From the NCBI GenBank assembly GCA_951406725.2, contig OX597814.1, positions 19,468,001 to 19,532,000 on the forward strand: a stretch of 64,000 nt of DNA, written 5' to 3'. How positions within the stretch are numbered: position 1 is the stretch's first letter; each line of letters starts with the position of its first letter. Shown one piece after another: positions 28,713 through 41,751 of the stretch. This DNA is from Octopus vulgaris (lineage: Eukaryota). The notes beneath the pieces are model-generated. The model saw nothing but the letters and a program-made list of their open reading frames with translations, was not told the DNA's origin and made no database searches. A program made the position numbers and the translations under genes.

Positions 28713-29398
28713 CTTTCAAAATTTATTCATGTTGCCTCTATTATCAGCTATACTATACCTGCATTGACTCGCTCGCATTTTCCGTAATCTGAATTCATCT
28801 GATATAGCACTCTACACAAATATTATTTTTATATATATTTTCCAAAAACATTCTTTCAGGTTTGTTTTTTACAATTTCTTTTACAGAATGTTTATTTGTT
28901 TTTTTTTTTTTTTTTTTTTTTTCGTTTCGTTTTCGGGAACAATCTGATTTTTTAAAACACACTTTTTATAATACATATTTACTTCTTTTTCTTTCTCGTA
29001 TTTTTTTTCAAAAATTTTGTTACTCCATTTTTATAAAACATACAGTATGATATATCTTATTTACCTTTCTTTTTTTCATTTATAGTTCGCCATCATAATA
29101 ACTGTCTTTCAATACAATATATTTTCTCTTCGTTCCATTCAGCAACGAAATACAAATGCCCCGTCTACACAACATACACATACACACACGTCTGCAATTG
29201 TTTATAACTTTTTATCAGCTTCACTATTTTTTTTCATTGATTTACCTGGTTTAAATTTCTTTTTTCTGTATTATTCTCATTCAGTCCGCCAGACTATATT
29301 TCATTTTCTTTTCAAAACTACGTCTGTTGAATAGTTTATATATACATACATGACATACATACATACATACATACATACACATATATATATATACGTAT

Positions 29399-29460
<62 letters not shown>

Positions 29461-29618
29461 ATAAATGTATATGTGTGTATATATATGCAAACATAAATAT
29501 ATGTATTTAAGAAAATATAGAAGTAATAAATACATATATATTTTATGTACATTTTATATTTTATATACATATATCTATATACACTAACATTGTACATACA
29601 CGTATATATGTATGTATG

Positions 29619-29683
<65 letters not shown>

Positions 29684-29991
29684 TATACACATATATCGTA
29701 AAATTATATATCTGTATGTATGTGAGCGTGTGTATGAATTATGTGGTTTCCTTGAGGCATTGCGAAATATAATAAAACTACGATTTAGAAGGTCAGAGCA
29801 AGGCAGGAGGGAAGAGATCAAATATATAATGATAACGACTATTAATGTTTTACTTTAAAAAATATTTAGTAACTCTGTTATTTCGGGCAAAATTCTCTGT
29901 CATAGCGTGAGAACAAAGAGTAATTTCAGACCAACAAACCTACATTCATACAAATGTACGTAAAATATGCATCTATATCTACATGTACTTA

Positions 29992-30171
<180 letters not shown>

Positions 30172-30349
30172 TAGATATATATATGTGTGTGTGTATACGT
30201 ATGTGCACACACTCGCGGTCGCGCACCCTAGCACACACATAAACAAACATAGGTGGCACATTAACCAACAAGACGTCTTCCACAAAGCCAGTCTCAAGAC
30301 AATATGAGGTTATTCACTAAAAGACTGTCTAATGTCAACCTATTTAGTA

Positions 30350-30600
30350 AAGCGTAAGATTAGTGGAATCGAGAGCTTCCTAATGAAGTCGTTATGGCGC
30401 TCGGCTGGCCATGTCGTCGGAATGTGTGACGAAAGAATGCCCAAAGTTTTCACGTATGGTTGACCGTGGCTCAGATATATGGAAAACCTTGAGAGTAATT
30501 CCTCAGCATTCAACATATCTCACAACTCTTTCGAGCAAACAGCTTTGGAGCGAGCAAAATGGAGAACGTCGTGTCAGAAGTGGTACAAGAGACTTTGTTT
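30350..30600 (+). pseudogene. RTE LINE ORF C-terminal remnant
   Basis: GIESFLMKSLWRSAGHVVGMCDERMPKVFTYG...SFEQTALERAKWR resembles LRWAGHVVRM.DERLPK..FYGEL...WE.LA.DR..WR. Confidence 0.75.
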
Positions 30601-30617
30601 GAACTAACATTAACATA

Positions 30618-31040
30618 GGCGCAGGAGTGGCTGTGTGGTAAGTAGCTTGCTAACCAACCACATGGTTCCGGGTTCAGTCCCACTGCGTGGCATCTTGGGC
30701 AAGTGTCTTCTGCTATAGCCCAGGGCCGACCAATGCCTTGTGAGTGGATTTGGTAGACGGAAACTGAAAGAAGCCTGTCGTATATATGTATATATATATA
30801 TATATGTGTGTGCGTGTTTGTGTGTCTGTGTTTGTCCCCCTAGCATTGCTTGACAACCGATGCTGGTGTATTTACGTCCCCGTCACCTAGCGGTTCGGCA
30901 ATAGAGACCGATAGAATAAGTACTAGGCTTACAAAAAATAAGTCCCGGGGTCGATTTGCTCGACTAAAGGCGGTGCTCGACTAAAGGCATGGCTACAGTC
31001 AAATGACTGAAACAAGTAAAAGAATAAAAGAGTAAAAGAG
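30618..31040 (+). mobile_element. SINE family B (young)
   Basis: Full head-to-tail match. Confidence 0.88.
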
Positions 31041-31585
31041 GCTTAGAGATGCAAGGCAAAAGAGAAAAGCAGTTGAAAATATACTGCATGCACTGACCCG
31101 TAATCCTTATATATATATCGTGAGTTCGGTTCCCAGACCGGGCGTCGCGTTGTGTTCTTCAGCAAAGCACTTCGTTTCACGTTATACTCTACGATCATTT
31201 CGTCATCTGACATGTAACACCCAGTTGCACCTGTACAGGTATTGTCGATTTTATGGAGGTAGTGAGCTTATGTGCACACAGATATTTGATCACTGTAAAC
31301 AAATCATCTGTGTGGTTATCCGGCAACAAACACACTGACGAACCCTCATAGGTCGTCTAAGGACGGGAGAGCCCATGATGATGATGATGATGATGATGAT
31401 GTATCTGATTGTGTGTGTGCGCGCGCGTGTGTGTATATGTATATATATATATGATTATATATATACGTGTGTGTGTGCGTGTGTATGTGTGTATATATAT
31501 AGATATATATATATATTATATTTATATGTATATGTATGTATACATATTTATGTTTATATATTGTAGATATATATATATGTATATA

Positions 31586-31640
<55 letters not shown>

Positions 31641-31657
31641 TACATATATATATATAT

Positions 31658-31718
<61 letters not shown>

Positions 31719-31895
31719 TAGGTAGCTGTAGGCTTGGACATATAGATAAGTTTGGTTTCTAACCACATGGTTCTGGGCTTTGTCCCATTGTTTGGAACAT
31801 TGGGCAAGTGTCTTCTAGCATAACAGCTAATCCCTTGTAAGTAGATTTGGGAGAACGAAATTGAAAGAAGACTGTTATATACATACATACATATG

Positions 31896-31968
<73 letters not shown>

Positions 31969-32507
31969 TTCTTTATTAGCCACACAGGGCTGCACACAGA
32001 CAGGACAAAATTACAAGGTAGAGCTTTTCTTTTGGGGGTAAAAGAAGGGGGTTTGGTTTTCGATCAAAAGGGATCGTAAATGGAAAGAAAGAGGACAAAA
32101 AGGGGGGGGGGATAAAATAAAATTTAAAAAAAAAAGGGGGAGGTAAGGAAAAAGAAGGGGAGGTGAGGAAAAAAGGGAAAGGAAAGGAAAAACATTGATC
32201 AATAGGGATCGTTATCACAGAAATGTCAATATGAAGTGTAAAGGGGAGGACAGGTGAGGTTTACCCGTGGAAAGAAAATCCTACGGAAAAGACCACGGTA
32301 ACCTCGGTCTATGAAGTCACATGTTATATTTCTTCTTTTTTTTTTTGCAAATAAGCAACTCTCTGTATTAATTTTTACGGTTCATAGAATCATAGTCAAG
32401 GTGGCTTCGTCATTCATACGTGCCATCCTTGCTACATTCACCCATCTTTTTTTAAAACATTCACCAGACAAAACTTGCCTCTCTACTCTCACTTTCCTCT
32501 TCAAGTG
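31969..32507 (-). mobile_element. 5'-truncated Tx1/L1-like LINE inserted in (GATA)n
   Basis: Minus 32507-32382 reads HLKRKVRVERQVLSGECFKKRWVNVARMARMNDEATLTMIL*. A pyrimidine-rich 3' UTR ends AATAAAGAA and runs into (ATCT)n. The same repeat lies on both sides. Confidence 0.65.
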
Positions 32508-32585
<78 letters not shown>

Positions 32586-32604
32586 CTATCTATCTATCTA
32601 TCTA

Positions 32605-32830
32605 TCTATACAACATCGAGCGATGAGAGCCATCGAAGCTGTATCATTCTGAATCAAATTGTACTTTTCTTCCCAGTTAACACTCATCTCACTCATGTCT
32701 CTCTGCACAGCCCGTTTCCTCGAGTCCACCGGCCTGCTTCCTGGTCGCATTCTCCCCTCCACTATACACTTGACAACTGTCCTTGTCAGTCTCTCCAACG
32801 GTAAGCACAACATATAGCCAAGTAACTTTT
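32605..32830 (-). pseudogene. RTE-like LINE C-terminal remnant
   Basis: ORF 32598-32813: ERLTRTVVKCIVEGRMRPGSRPVDSRKRAVQRDMSEMSVNWEEKYNLIQN resembles EGRRRRGRP..TW.R.V..D...W.E...AQ. Confidence 0.65.
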
Positions 32831-33188
32831 CGTCTAATCGTAATGGTGTCTTGCAGTTTATGTAGGTAATCGTTTGTGATGTAGTCTGTTCTCGGTTATA
32901 ACATTAACAAAAGAAGAAAATGGAGAGATTTGTCATTTTGTGCTTTAGTGAGTTAGGTGGCAACTGGAAATTAGGAATATGAGATATTTGTTTCAGTCAT
33001 CAGATTGCAGCTGTGCCGGGGCACCATCTTGAAAAATTTTTAGTCTCAAGAATCGACCCCAGTACTTTTTTTAAAGCCTAGTACTTATTCTATCGATCCC
33101 TCCTTGTCGAATCGATAAGTTCACGGACATAAACACACCAACACTGCTTGTCAAGCTGTGGTGGGGGACAAACACAGACACATAAGCA

Positions 33189-33253
<65 letters not shown>

Positions 33254-33453
33254 GTTTAAATATTTGTTGTGCAAGATTTTTTATGTGAAGTCGTGTGTTG
33301 AAACAGATATTGTTATATTTCGGAATGGTCATATTGCCAGTTTAGCCAATAAAAACACACGCACTATATATTTGGTGTTATTTTGCTTCAGTGATATTTA
33401 TTTTTTTTTTTTTTTTATTTTTTTTTTTTTTACATTAATCTTAATCTTATTTT

Positions 33454-33498
33454 GGCCAAAGTTCTTTCGTCACACTCCTGTGACCGCATCAGTGGTCC
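33454..33498 (-). ncRNA. Minimal type I hammerhead-like ribozyme motif (left arm)
   Basis: GGACCA-CTGATGC-G-GTCACA(GGAG)TGTGAC-GAAA-GAAC-TT-TGGCC. Confidence 0.7.
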
Positions 33499-34128
33499 TT
33501 TGTTTTCTTCTCACTTACTTGTGTCTCTCCTTACTAACCGTCAGCCATTTTGTATTTCTATTGTATGTCTTCATTTGCGCATGCTTATATCTCTATGTGC
33601 GTCTATGTTTATTTAGTGTGTGGGGGGGGATGTCTGTAATATTTGTATCTTCTGGTTATATACATTCTTGTAATTTGTATTTTGTTTTTGTTGTTGTTGC
33701 TTTTGTTCTAATTTTGTTCATGTGTTTACATCCACCCATTATTATCATTACATATGCTTGTATGTATGTATAACAACAATATTAGTAATAATAATAATAA
33801 ATCTAATCGAGAAAAAAAAAAAAAAGAAAAAAAAAAGAATATACATATACATATATATATATACATACATATACATATACATATATATATATACATATAT
33901 ACACACACATATACACATATACATATACATATATATACACATATACATACATATAGATATTCATTTCTATTTCTTTAATTACCTGTGTATTTATTATGTT
34001 TGCAGGATCCACTATTGTCATATGTTGTGGTGTGCGCTATTGCTCCATTCTAGTTTTCTATTCAGGCTAGGTTTATTTTCTATTATATGTGTAGCTTCTG
34101 TAATTTGTCTAATTTGTCTAATTGTTGC

Positions 34129-34320
34129 TCATCGATTCTGTACCAACACGCCGAACAAGAACACGGGGGATCAATCAATAACATAGAGATTAAGATATTG
34201 TCCACACATAGAACAGATGCAACAATTAGACAAATTACAGAAGCTACACATATAATAGAAAATAAACCTAGCCTGAATAGAAAACTAGAATGGAGCAATA
34301 GCGCACACCACAACATATGA
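34129..34320 (+). pseudogene. PLE GIY-YIG endonuclease C-terminus
   Basis: [57 protein letters not shown] fits S.L..H....H...IL......RQI.EA..I....P.LNRK.EW. Confidence 0.8.
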
Positions 34321-34845
34321 CAATAGTGGATCCTGCAAACATAATAAATACACAGGTAATTAAAGAAATAGAAATGAATATCTATATGTATGTATATGTG
34401 TATATATATGTATATGTATATGTGTATATGTGTGTGTATATATGTATATATATATATGTATATGTATATGTATGTATATATATATATATGTATATGTATA
34501 TTCTTTTTTTTTTCTTTTTTTCTTTTTTTTTTTCTCGATTAGATTTATTATTATTATTACTAATATTGTTGTTATACATACATACAAGCATATGTAATGA
34601 TAATAATGGGTGGATGTAAACACATGAACAAAATTAGAACAAAAGCAACAACAACAAAAACAAAATACAAATTACAAGAATGTATATAACCAGAAGATAC
34701 AAATATTACAGACATCCCCCCCACACACTAAATAAACATAGACGCACATAGAGATATAAGCATGCGCAAATGAAGACATACAATAGAAATACAAAATGGC
34801 TGACGGTTAGTAAGGAGAGACACAAGTAAGTGAGAAGAAAACAAA

Positions 34846-34890
34846 GGACCACTGATGCGGTCACAGGAGTGTGACGAAAGAACTTTGGCC
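34846..34890 (+). ncRNA. Minimal type I hammerhead-like ribozyme motif (right arm)
   Basis: Identical to the left-arm motif, on the opposite strand. Confidence 0.7.
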
Positions 34891-34909
34891 AAAATAAGAT
34901 TAAGATTAA

Positions 34910-34946
<37 letters not shown>

Positions 34947-35030
34947 AATATCACTGAAGCAAAATAACACCAAATATATAGTGCGTGTGTTTTTATTGGC
35001 TAAACTGGCAATATGACCATTCCGAAATAT

Positions 35031-35067
<37 letters not shown>

Positions 35068-35068
<1 letters not shown>

Positions 35069-35365
35069 TGGAGGTGCTATGGCCCAGTGGTTAGGGCAGC
35101 GGACTCGCGGTCGGAGGATCGCGGTTTTGATTCCTAGACCGGGCGTTGTGTGTGTTTATTGACCGAAAACGCCTAAAAGCTCCACGAGGCTCCGGCAGGG
35201 GGTGGTGGCAACCCCTGTTGTACTCTTTCGCCCCAACTTTCTCTCACTCTCTCTTCCTGTTTCTTGAGCAACGCTGCGATGGACTGGGGGGTGGGGACAC
35301 GCCATAAAAACAGGGAAATTGGCTCCATGAGCCTGGCTAGGCTTGAAAAGGGCGCATAAATAAAA
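35068..35365 (+). mobile_element. SINE family C, tail type 1
   Basis: Head and tail match 22265. Confidence 0.85.
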
Positions 35366-35534
35366 AAAATAATAAATATATATATATACGTGTATGACGG
35401 GCTACTTTCAGTTTCCGCCTACCAAATCCAGTGACAAATCTTTCGTTAGCCCGGTGCTATATTAGAAGAAAACCATCTTATTTTCGGTGTATATAAGATA
35501 TGGCTATTTTTTCAAGACTCTGACAAATAGGTGC

Positions 35535-35878
35535 AAGAATGGTTCCGGGCTCAGTTCCACTGCATGGCACCTTGGGCAAGTGTCTTCTACTAATAACATC
35601 GAGCCAAACAAAGCCTTGTGAGTGGATTTAGTAGACAGAAACTGAAAGAAGCCTACTGTGTGTGTGTGTGTTTGTGTTTGTCCCCCAACGTCCCTTGACA
35701 ACCGATGCTGGTGTGTTTACGTCCCCGTAACTTAGCGGTTAGGCAAAAGTGACCGAAGAATACGTACTAGGCTTTCAAAGAATAAGTCCTGAGGTCAATT
35801 TGTTCACTAAAGGCGGTGCTCCAGCATGGCCGCACTCAAATGACTGAAACAAGTAAAGGAATAAAAGAATAAAAGAAT
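35535..35878 (+). mobile_element. SINE family B (5'-truncated)
   Basis: B-box region to AAAGAAT tail. Confidence 0.8.
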
Positions 35879-36033
35879 ATGATTTGAGCAGGATTTGACT
35901 ACTATTTTGGGGGCCTCGAACGATCACGTATAGGCTCTTTTCATTAGCTCCAATTATTGTATGTTTATACAACTTCGAATGATCATATACATATGCAAAG
36001 ACATTCCTGTCAAGGCCATTCTGTCGTTCTTGC

Positions 36034-36106
<73 letters not shown>

Positions 36107-36348
36107 ATGGTAGTGGTGGTGGTGGTGGTGGTCGTCGTCGTCGTCGTCGTGTTCGTTGTGGTGGTGGTGGTGGTAGTATGAGGTGAGGGGGGAGAGGAGG
36201 AAGAGGAGGAAGAGGAGAAGGAAGAAGAGGAGGAGGAAGTGGAGGAAGAGGTAAAGGAGGAAGAGGAGGAAGATGAGAATGAGGAGGAAGAGGAGGCGGA
36301 GTGATGGTGATGGTGTTGGAGGTGGTGGTACTAGTAGTTGTTGTAGAT

Positions 36349-36387
<39 letters not shown>

Positions 36388-36470
36388 ATAGTAGTAGTAG
36401 TAGTAGTGGCAGCAGTAGCGGCGGCAGCAGCAGTAGTAGTAGTAGTAGTAGCAGCAGCAGTAGTAGTTGT
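36034..36470. repeat. (TAG)n/(GGT)n/(GAG)n trinucleotide block
   Basis: Direct reading. Confidence 0.95.
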
Positions 36471-37215
36471 AAGGTGACCAAATCTGTGTCAGGTTAAGCT
36501 CAGTGAATACCGATGCAATGGCTGAAAACGCATTGTATTGCGGTACATATTATATGATAATGTTGTTATTGTCGTTCCCTATTGTCCCTATAACTATTAT
36601 TGTTAACAATATTATTAATATTATTGAGGTCCTTGTTCTTGTTGTTGTACTTTATGTTGTTCCTATTCATATCAATATATATCTCACATTTCACGCCGTA
36701 GCATTGTTCCTCACAATACAGCAAAGTAGGAAAAAAGGAAATATTTCTTCTCATACCTTCAAGGCAATCATGAATTTTTTTTTTATGGCTCTGTTTAAAG
36801 ACGCCATGGAAGTAGGGATAAGTCTGTGCATATACGTACAGGTATATATATATATATATATATATACGTGCATGCACATATATACCTATATATACCTATA
36901 TGTATATATATATACGTGTATGCACATATATCCGTGTACACAGATGCACACCCATACACGGCATTACACATACACATACACGTGCACACACACACATACA
37001 CATATATGAACTTGTGTCTGTATATATACTCACAGATGACATGCATATGTATGTATATACATATACATACATACACACATACATAAGTACATATGCATCA
37101 TAAACTTTGCTTCATATATTGGACACCTTTTCTCTTGTTTGTAAATCTCAACGTGTGTGTGTGTTTTTTTGTGTGTGTGTGTGTTTGTTTGTGAGTGTGC
37201 GTGTGTGTATGTGCG

Positions 37216-37247
<32 letters not shown>

Positions 37248-37887
37248 TTATTTTTTTCTAGCGTACGGATTACAGCAACATAAATTTGAAAAAATTCAAT
37301 ATACAAATTGTATTCCTATATTGAAAACATTTATGCATTCTTACAGTAAAATTACGTTCACGAAATATTCACCAAGTTCTCAGCTGCATGGGGTGAGCAT
37401 GGAATTTTCTTTCAACAAACTTGTGCCAATTGCCCACCGGCTTAGAAACATACTAGCTTCTTGTATAGTCGCAAACTTTCAGAGTTTACTCGAGAGACGA
37501 AATTAGAAGTGCAAACGCTCATTTGGTATTTGTATATTCCCTAAGAGTTTCATTTCACAGCAAGCCTATTAATTTTAAGCATGTAGATATATTTAACAAA
37601 CGCCGAGTTGTCAACAAGTATTGGTATAACAGTAAGATCTCAAACTTTTGGTAATGCAAGACGACTATACATGAAATCAAAACCTGTCATCAACAACATG
37701 TTTTTTCTCTACACTTATGCGTTCCAACTCTTTAACGCCAAGTGCAGGATTTAGACAAAAGTGCATTCTGCAAAGTATTTTATATAAATCCTTTTTATTA
37801 ATTCAAAGAAAGTTATAGTAAACGCTGGAAGAAAAAATACATATACTTACGAAATAGAAAAGTGTATTCTCCGAATTGGGAAAAGTA

Positions 37888-39172
37888 TTAGATCGTCAAT
37901 TATGAAATTTGTAGAAAAGAAAAAAAAAAGTTTTGCTAATATTTTATAAATACAAGGAATAGTTTAATCCATCAAAGTATGCATTCATATTGTCAGTACA
38001 CTTTTGCCATTTCAGCGGTAGCTTGTCCAGCCAGGAACTGTAAAATCCTGACAGTCAATGAAATCTTGGAAGGCCTGTTTTATAGCAGCATCAGTATTAA
38101 CTTTATTTTTCTTATCAAAAAGAAATTCTGGAAAAAGTGGTAGTCAGTGGAGGCAAGATCAGGTGAGCATGGTGGATGATGGGGGACTTCCAACTCCAAC
38201 CCTTGTAGTTTCACCAATGTCATTTTTGCGATGTGTGGACTGGCGTTGTCTTGCAATAAAATAGGAGTAGATCTATTGACTAATCTAGGCTTTATTTGCA
38301 AGTTTCTGCATCTTTTGGTCCAGTTGTAAGTTTTTGCATCATTTGGCCCCAGTTCGGCCGAGATTGATGAGCCATGTTTAATGAAATCATAATGGATCAC
38401 ACCTGCGCCAGACCACCAAACACACACCATCAGCTTCTTTTAAAGAATATTGCTTTTGGACTGTGCTTTGGTGGCTCGTCTTTGACCAACTATTGTGCTG
38501 AACATTTACGGTTGTTGTATTGGATCCATTTCTCATCCCATGTTACAATTCGGTTCAAAAATGATTCATTTTTGTGACTAGAAAGTAGCATAATGCAGGC
38601 TTCCAAACTTTGCTGTTTCTGATTTTCATTGAGTTCATGTGAAACCCACATCCGACTTTTCACTTTCCCGATTTGAACTAGGTGAGTCAATATTGTTTGC
38701 TTGCTGACACCAAACAACAATAATTCACGGGTACTTTGAGATGGATCTGACTCGACGGTGGCTTTCCGTTCGTCATTGTACACCTTTGTTTCTGGTCGAC
38801 TGCGTTGCTCATTTGTGAGGTCAAAGTTACCAGAACGAAATTTTGCAAACCAATTTGATACTGTATGCAGTGTAATAACATTAAAATGAAATACTTCTTT
38901 AACATTCGGAGCTGCCTGTGTTGCTGTATTTCTAAGAAAAAACTCATATTTCAAAACTGTACAAATTTCCGACTTATTCATCTCTTAACAAAAATAGCAA
39001 AAAACGTTTTATAAATACTTTATAAAGCGCAAAATGAGCTAGAATAAAGAAATAGATGTGTCAACTTTCTAATAAAAATAATGATTGTCAAAATATAATA
39101 ATGGCACAAAATGAGCAGCTGGCAAAATTTACCATATATACCTTATTACAAATTTCGTACTTGACGACCTAA
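37888..39172 (-). mobile_element. Full-length (about 1.29 kb) degenerate mariner DD34D transposon
   Basis: TIRs TTAGATCGTCAATTATGAAATTTGTA and TACAAATTTCGTACTTGACGACCTAA with TA TSD. Broken transposase in ORFs 38490-38981 (WVSHEL, VTWDEKW) and 38080-38430 (LLQDNA, PPCSPDLASTDYHFF). Confidence 0.93.
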
Positions 39173-39667
39173 TATATAATTCTATTATGTTTAAAAAATT
39201 CTCTCGCAAACAGAATTTCATGTAATTTCAGTTCTCAAGCTAGAAGTCTTCTTTGCTATTTGGTTTGGCCTTATATACATTGCAAAGGGCGTTCACCAGA
39301 TAGAGTGTAATACTGTTTCATGAGACCGATGTCTATAGTAATCCTTTTGATCCACTTATTACTTCTCTGATGAGTGAATTTCGTTTTCAGTCCTGTCCTA
39401 AACTTCTGCACGAGGAAATTTCTTCGTTATATCTTTTATCGCTTACTTGTTTCAGTAATTGGACTGCGGCCATACTGGGGTACCGCTTTGAAGGGCTTAG
39501 TTAATCAAGCAAATCGACATCAGAACTTATTTTAAAGTATTTTGCTTATTCTGCCAGTCTCTTTTGACGAACCAATTTGTAATGGAGACGTAAACAAACC
39601 AACAGTGATTGTCAACCGGTGGTGGGGTGCAAAAACAAAAACACATATAAGATTATGTATGTATATG

Positions 39668-39698
<31 letters not shown>

Positions 39699-39744
39699 GG
39701 CGGTGCATCAGCATGGCCGCAGCTCTGAGATGAAACTAGAAAAA

Positions 39745-39781
<37 letters not shown>

Positions 39782-40224
39782 ACTTGCTTTTGTGCTTTCA
39801 CACAGTTTCCGTCAGTTAACTCCACATACAAGTGGAGTTTGGCCGGCACGAGACTGTACTAGAAGACACTTGTGCAAAGTGCCGCGCGGTGGGACCGAAC
39901 CCCAAATTATATAGTTAGGAATGAAACTTCTTACCACAGAACCATGCCTATCTACGAAATATTTATCTTTACCAGTAACATTGTTGTACCTACAGTCTGA
40001 TTTTATTTATTAATGTTTGACTCTATAGGCAGAGTAACTACAACTGTTAAGATTTTACCTATGGATAATATTTCAATTTTCTTGAAATTTTCAGGTAACC
40101 CCAAATAATTGAATGGGCTTGAAATATTATGATAAAGCCAGCGTGTATAAAAATAACAAAAAAGACAGTAACGCTCTGATTATGTCCAGTATATCATCAG
40201 CTGACGAACGCTAGTTACGTATAT

Positions 40225-40516
40225 CACGTGATCACGTGACCGACCAGACCATCAGATGTTCCACATCGCTGGTCACAATGCGTTCGCATTGTTTTAGCCT
40301 TTGAATGACGCCACCCCGCTGGCTAAGCGAGCAGGCCAACAGAAGAAAGAGTGGTGAAAGAGTACAGCAGGGATCACCACCCCCTGCCGGAGCGTCGTGG
40401 AGCATTTTTAGGTGTTTTCGTTCGATAAACACTCACAACGCCCGGTCTGGGAATCGAAACCACGATCCTACGATCGCGAGTCCGCTGCCCTAACCACTGG
40501 GCTATTGCGCCTCCAC
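40225..40516 (-). mobile_element. SINE family C, tail type 3
   Basis: Ends GGTCACGTGATCACGTG. TSD AGTTACGTATAT at 40213-40224 and 40517-40528. Confidence 0.88.
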
Positions 40517-40601
40517 AGTTACGTATATATAATTTCTAACTCCACATTTTTGCTAGAAATATGGACGCTTGTACACATAAAGAATGTATAAACTGACATA
40601 T

Positions 40602-40966
40602 ACTTTCTAACAAAAATTAAGATTGTCAAAATATAATAATGGCACAAAGTGAGCAGCTGTCAAAATTTACCAACTATATACCTTACAACAAATTTTGTAC
40701 TTGATGACCTAATATATAATTCTATTATGTTTGATAAATTCTCTCGCTAACAGAATTTCCTATTTATTGCAGTTCTCGAGCTAGAAGTCTTCTTTGCTAT
40801 CTGGTTTGGCCTTATATGCATTGGAAAGGGCGTTCACCATATTGGGTATAATACTGTTTCATTAGACCGCTGTCTATATTAATCCCTTTCATTCACTTAT
40901 TAGTTCTCTGATGAGTGAATTTCGTTTTAATTGAGTCCTGACCTAAACTTCTGCACGAGGAAATTT
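40602..40966 (+). repeat. Diverged direct duplicate of 39064-39421 (mariner end plus flank)
   Basis: Colinear match over about 360 bp, ACTTTCTAA...CACGAGGAAATT. Confidence 0.9.
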
Positions 40967-40991
40967 AAGCACTATAGGCTTAAAACATGTC

Positions 40992-41530
40992 GGTTAATAT
41001 CTAGATCCGCACCCGGTGGGAAAAATGAGATCCGCACCCGGTGGGAAAAATGGAAACGAAAATGTGTAACAGTTGTAAGACATCGTATATTGAAGGAATA
41101 TGACGAAAAAAAAGCGCGCTGACAAACGGGGGGGGGGGAGGGGCTCGGAAAATTGCCTACGATTTAAAGAAAAATTTACCATCAATTTTCACCATTGTGT
41201 TTCTGATTCGCGACCCCATGTCGAATTTATCGATTTTTTTCAGAACTGGGGGAACTTTTCAAAATTTTCGCTGCGTTAGTTTTGAATTATGACATTGGGC
41301 TATGTGTGTGAAATGCGTTTAAACACCTGTTACACATATTTTTTTCCATTTTTGCCTCTACGGTTGATCCTGGGAATTTCCCGAGCCCCCCCCCGTTTGT
41401 CAGCGCGCTTTTTTCCCGTCTTATTCCGTCAATATACGATGCCTTACAACTGTTACACATTTTCGTTTCCAATTTTCCCACCGGGTGCGGATCTCATTTT
41501 TCCCACCGGGTGCGGATCTAGATATTAACC
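40992..41530. mobile_element. MITE with about 160-bp TIRs and 8-bp TSD (Merlin-like)
   Basis: Ends GGTTAATATCTAGATCCGCACCCGGTGGGAAAA and its reverse complement, each with an internal tandem repeat. TSD AACATGTC at 40984-40991 and 41531-41538. Confidence 0.85.
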
Positions 41531-41751
41531 AACATGTCTAATATTAAAGCATGAGCTGAATGCTTATTTTACAGTATGCATATTAATTTTATTATATGTA
41601 CCTTCATTTTTTTCTCACTTCATCATGGTTAGTATTAACAATATGCAGGTCCTTTTTATAGAAAGAGACTGATTGATGCCGGTGTACATTCTAGTATGCA
41701 GTTCCAGGTTTAACCATTACATTACTGTGTTGACATCTTTCCTCGTCTAAG

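Larger units (their letters stand above)
33253..35038. mobile_element. Penelope-like element: 5'-truncated copy with inverted pseudo-LTR (1.7-kb palindrome)
   Basis: Arms 33307-34128 and 34219-35038 are near-perfect reverse complements around a 90-bp spacer. Spacer plus right arm encode a GIY-YIG C-terminus. Each arm has a hammerhead motif. (TA)n lies on both flanks. Confidence 0.88.

Noticed and set aside
32560-32610. (GATA)n-GC-(TATC)n palindrome
   Set aside because: Explained by two oppositely oriented microsatellite tracts meeting at adjacent LINE remnants.
37340-37400. Possible micro-exon (TTCTTACAG...GG|GTGAGC)
   Set aside because: Splice-like motifs alone, with no recognisable peptide or partner exons.
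38080-38981. Possible SETMAR-like host gene
   Set aside because: No SET domain. Frameshifted and bounded by TIRs with a TA TSD, so a transposon fossil.
39367-39400. CTGATGA as a hammerhead core (also at 40908)
   Set aside because: No stem II followed by GAAA, and no stem I closure.
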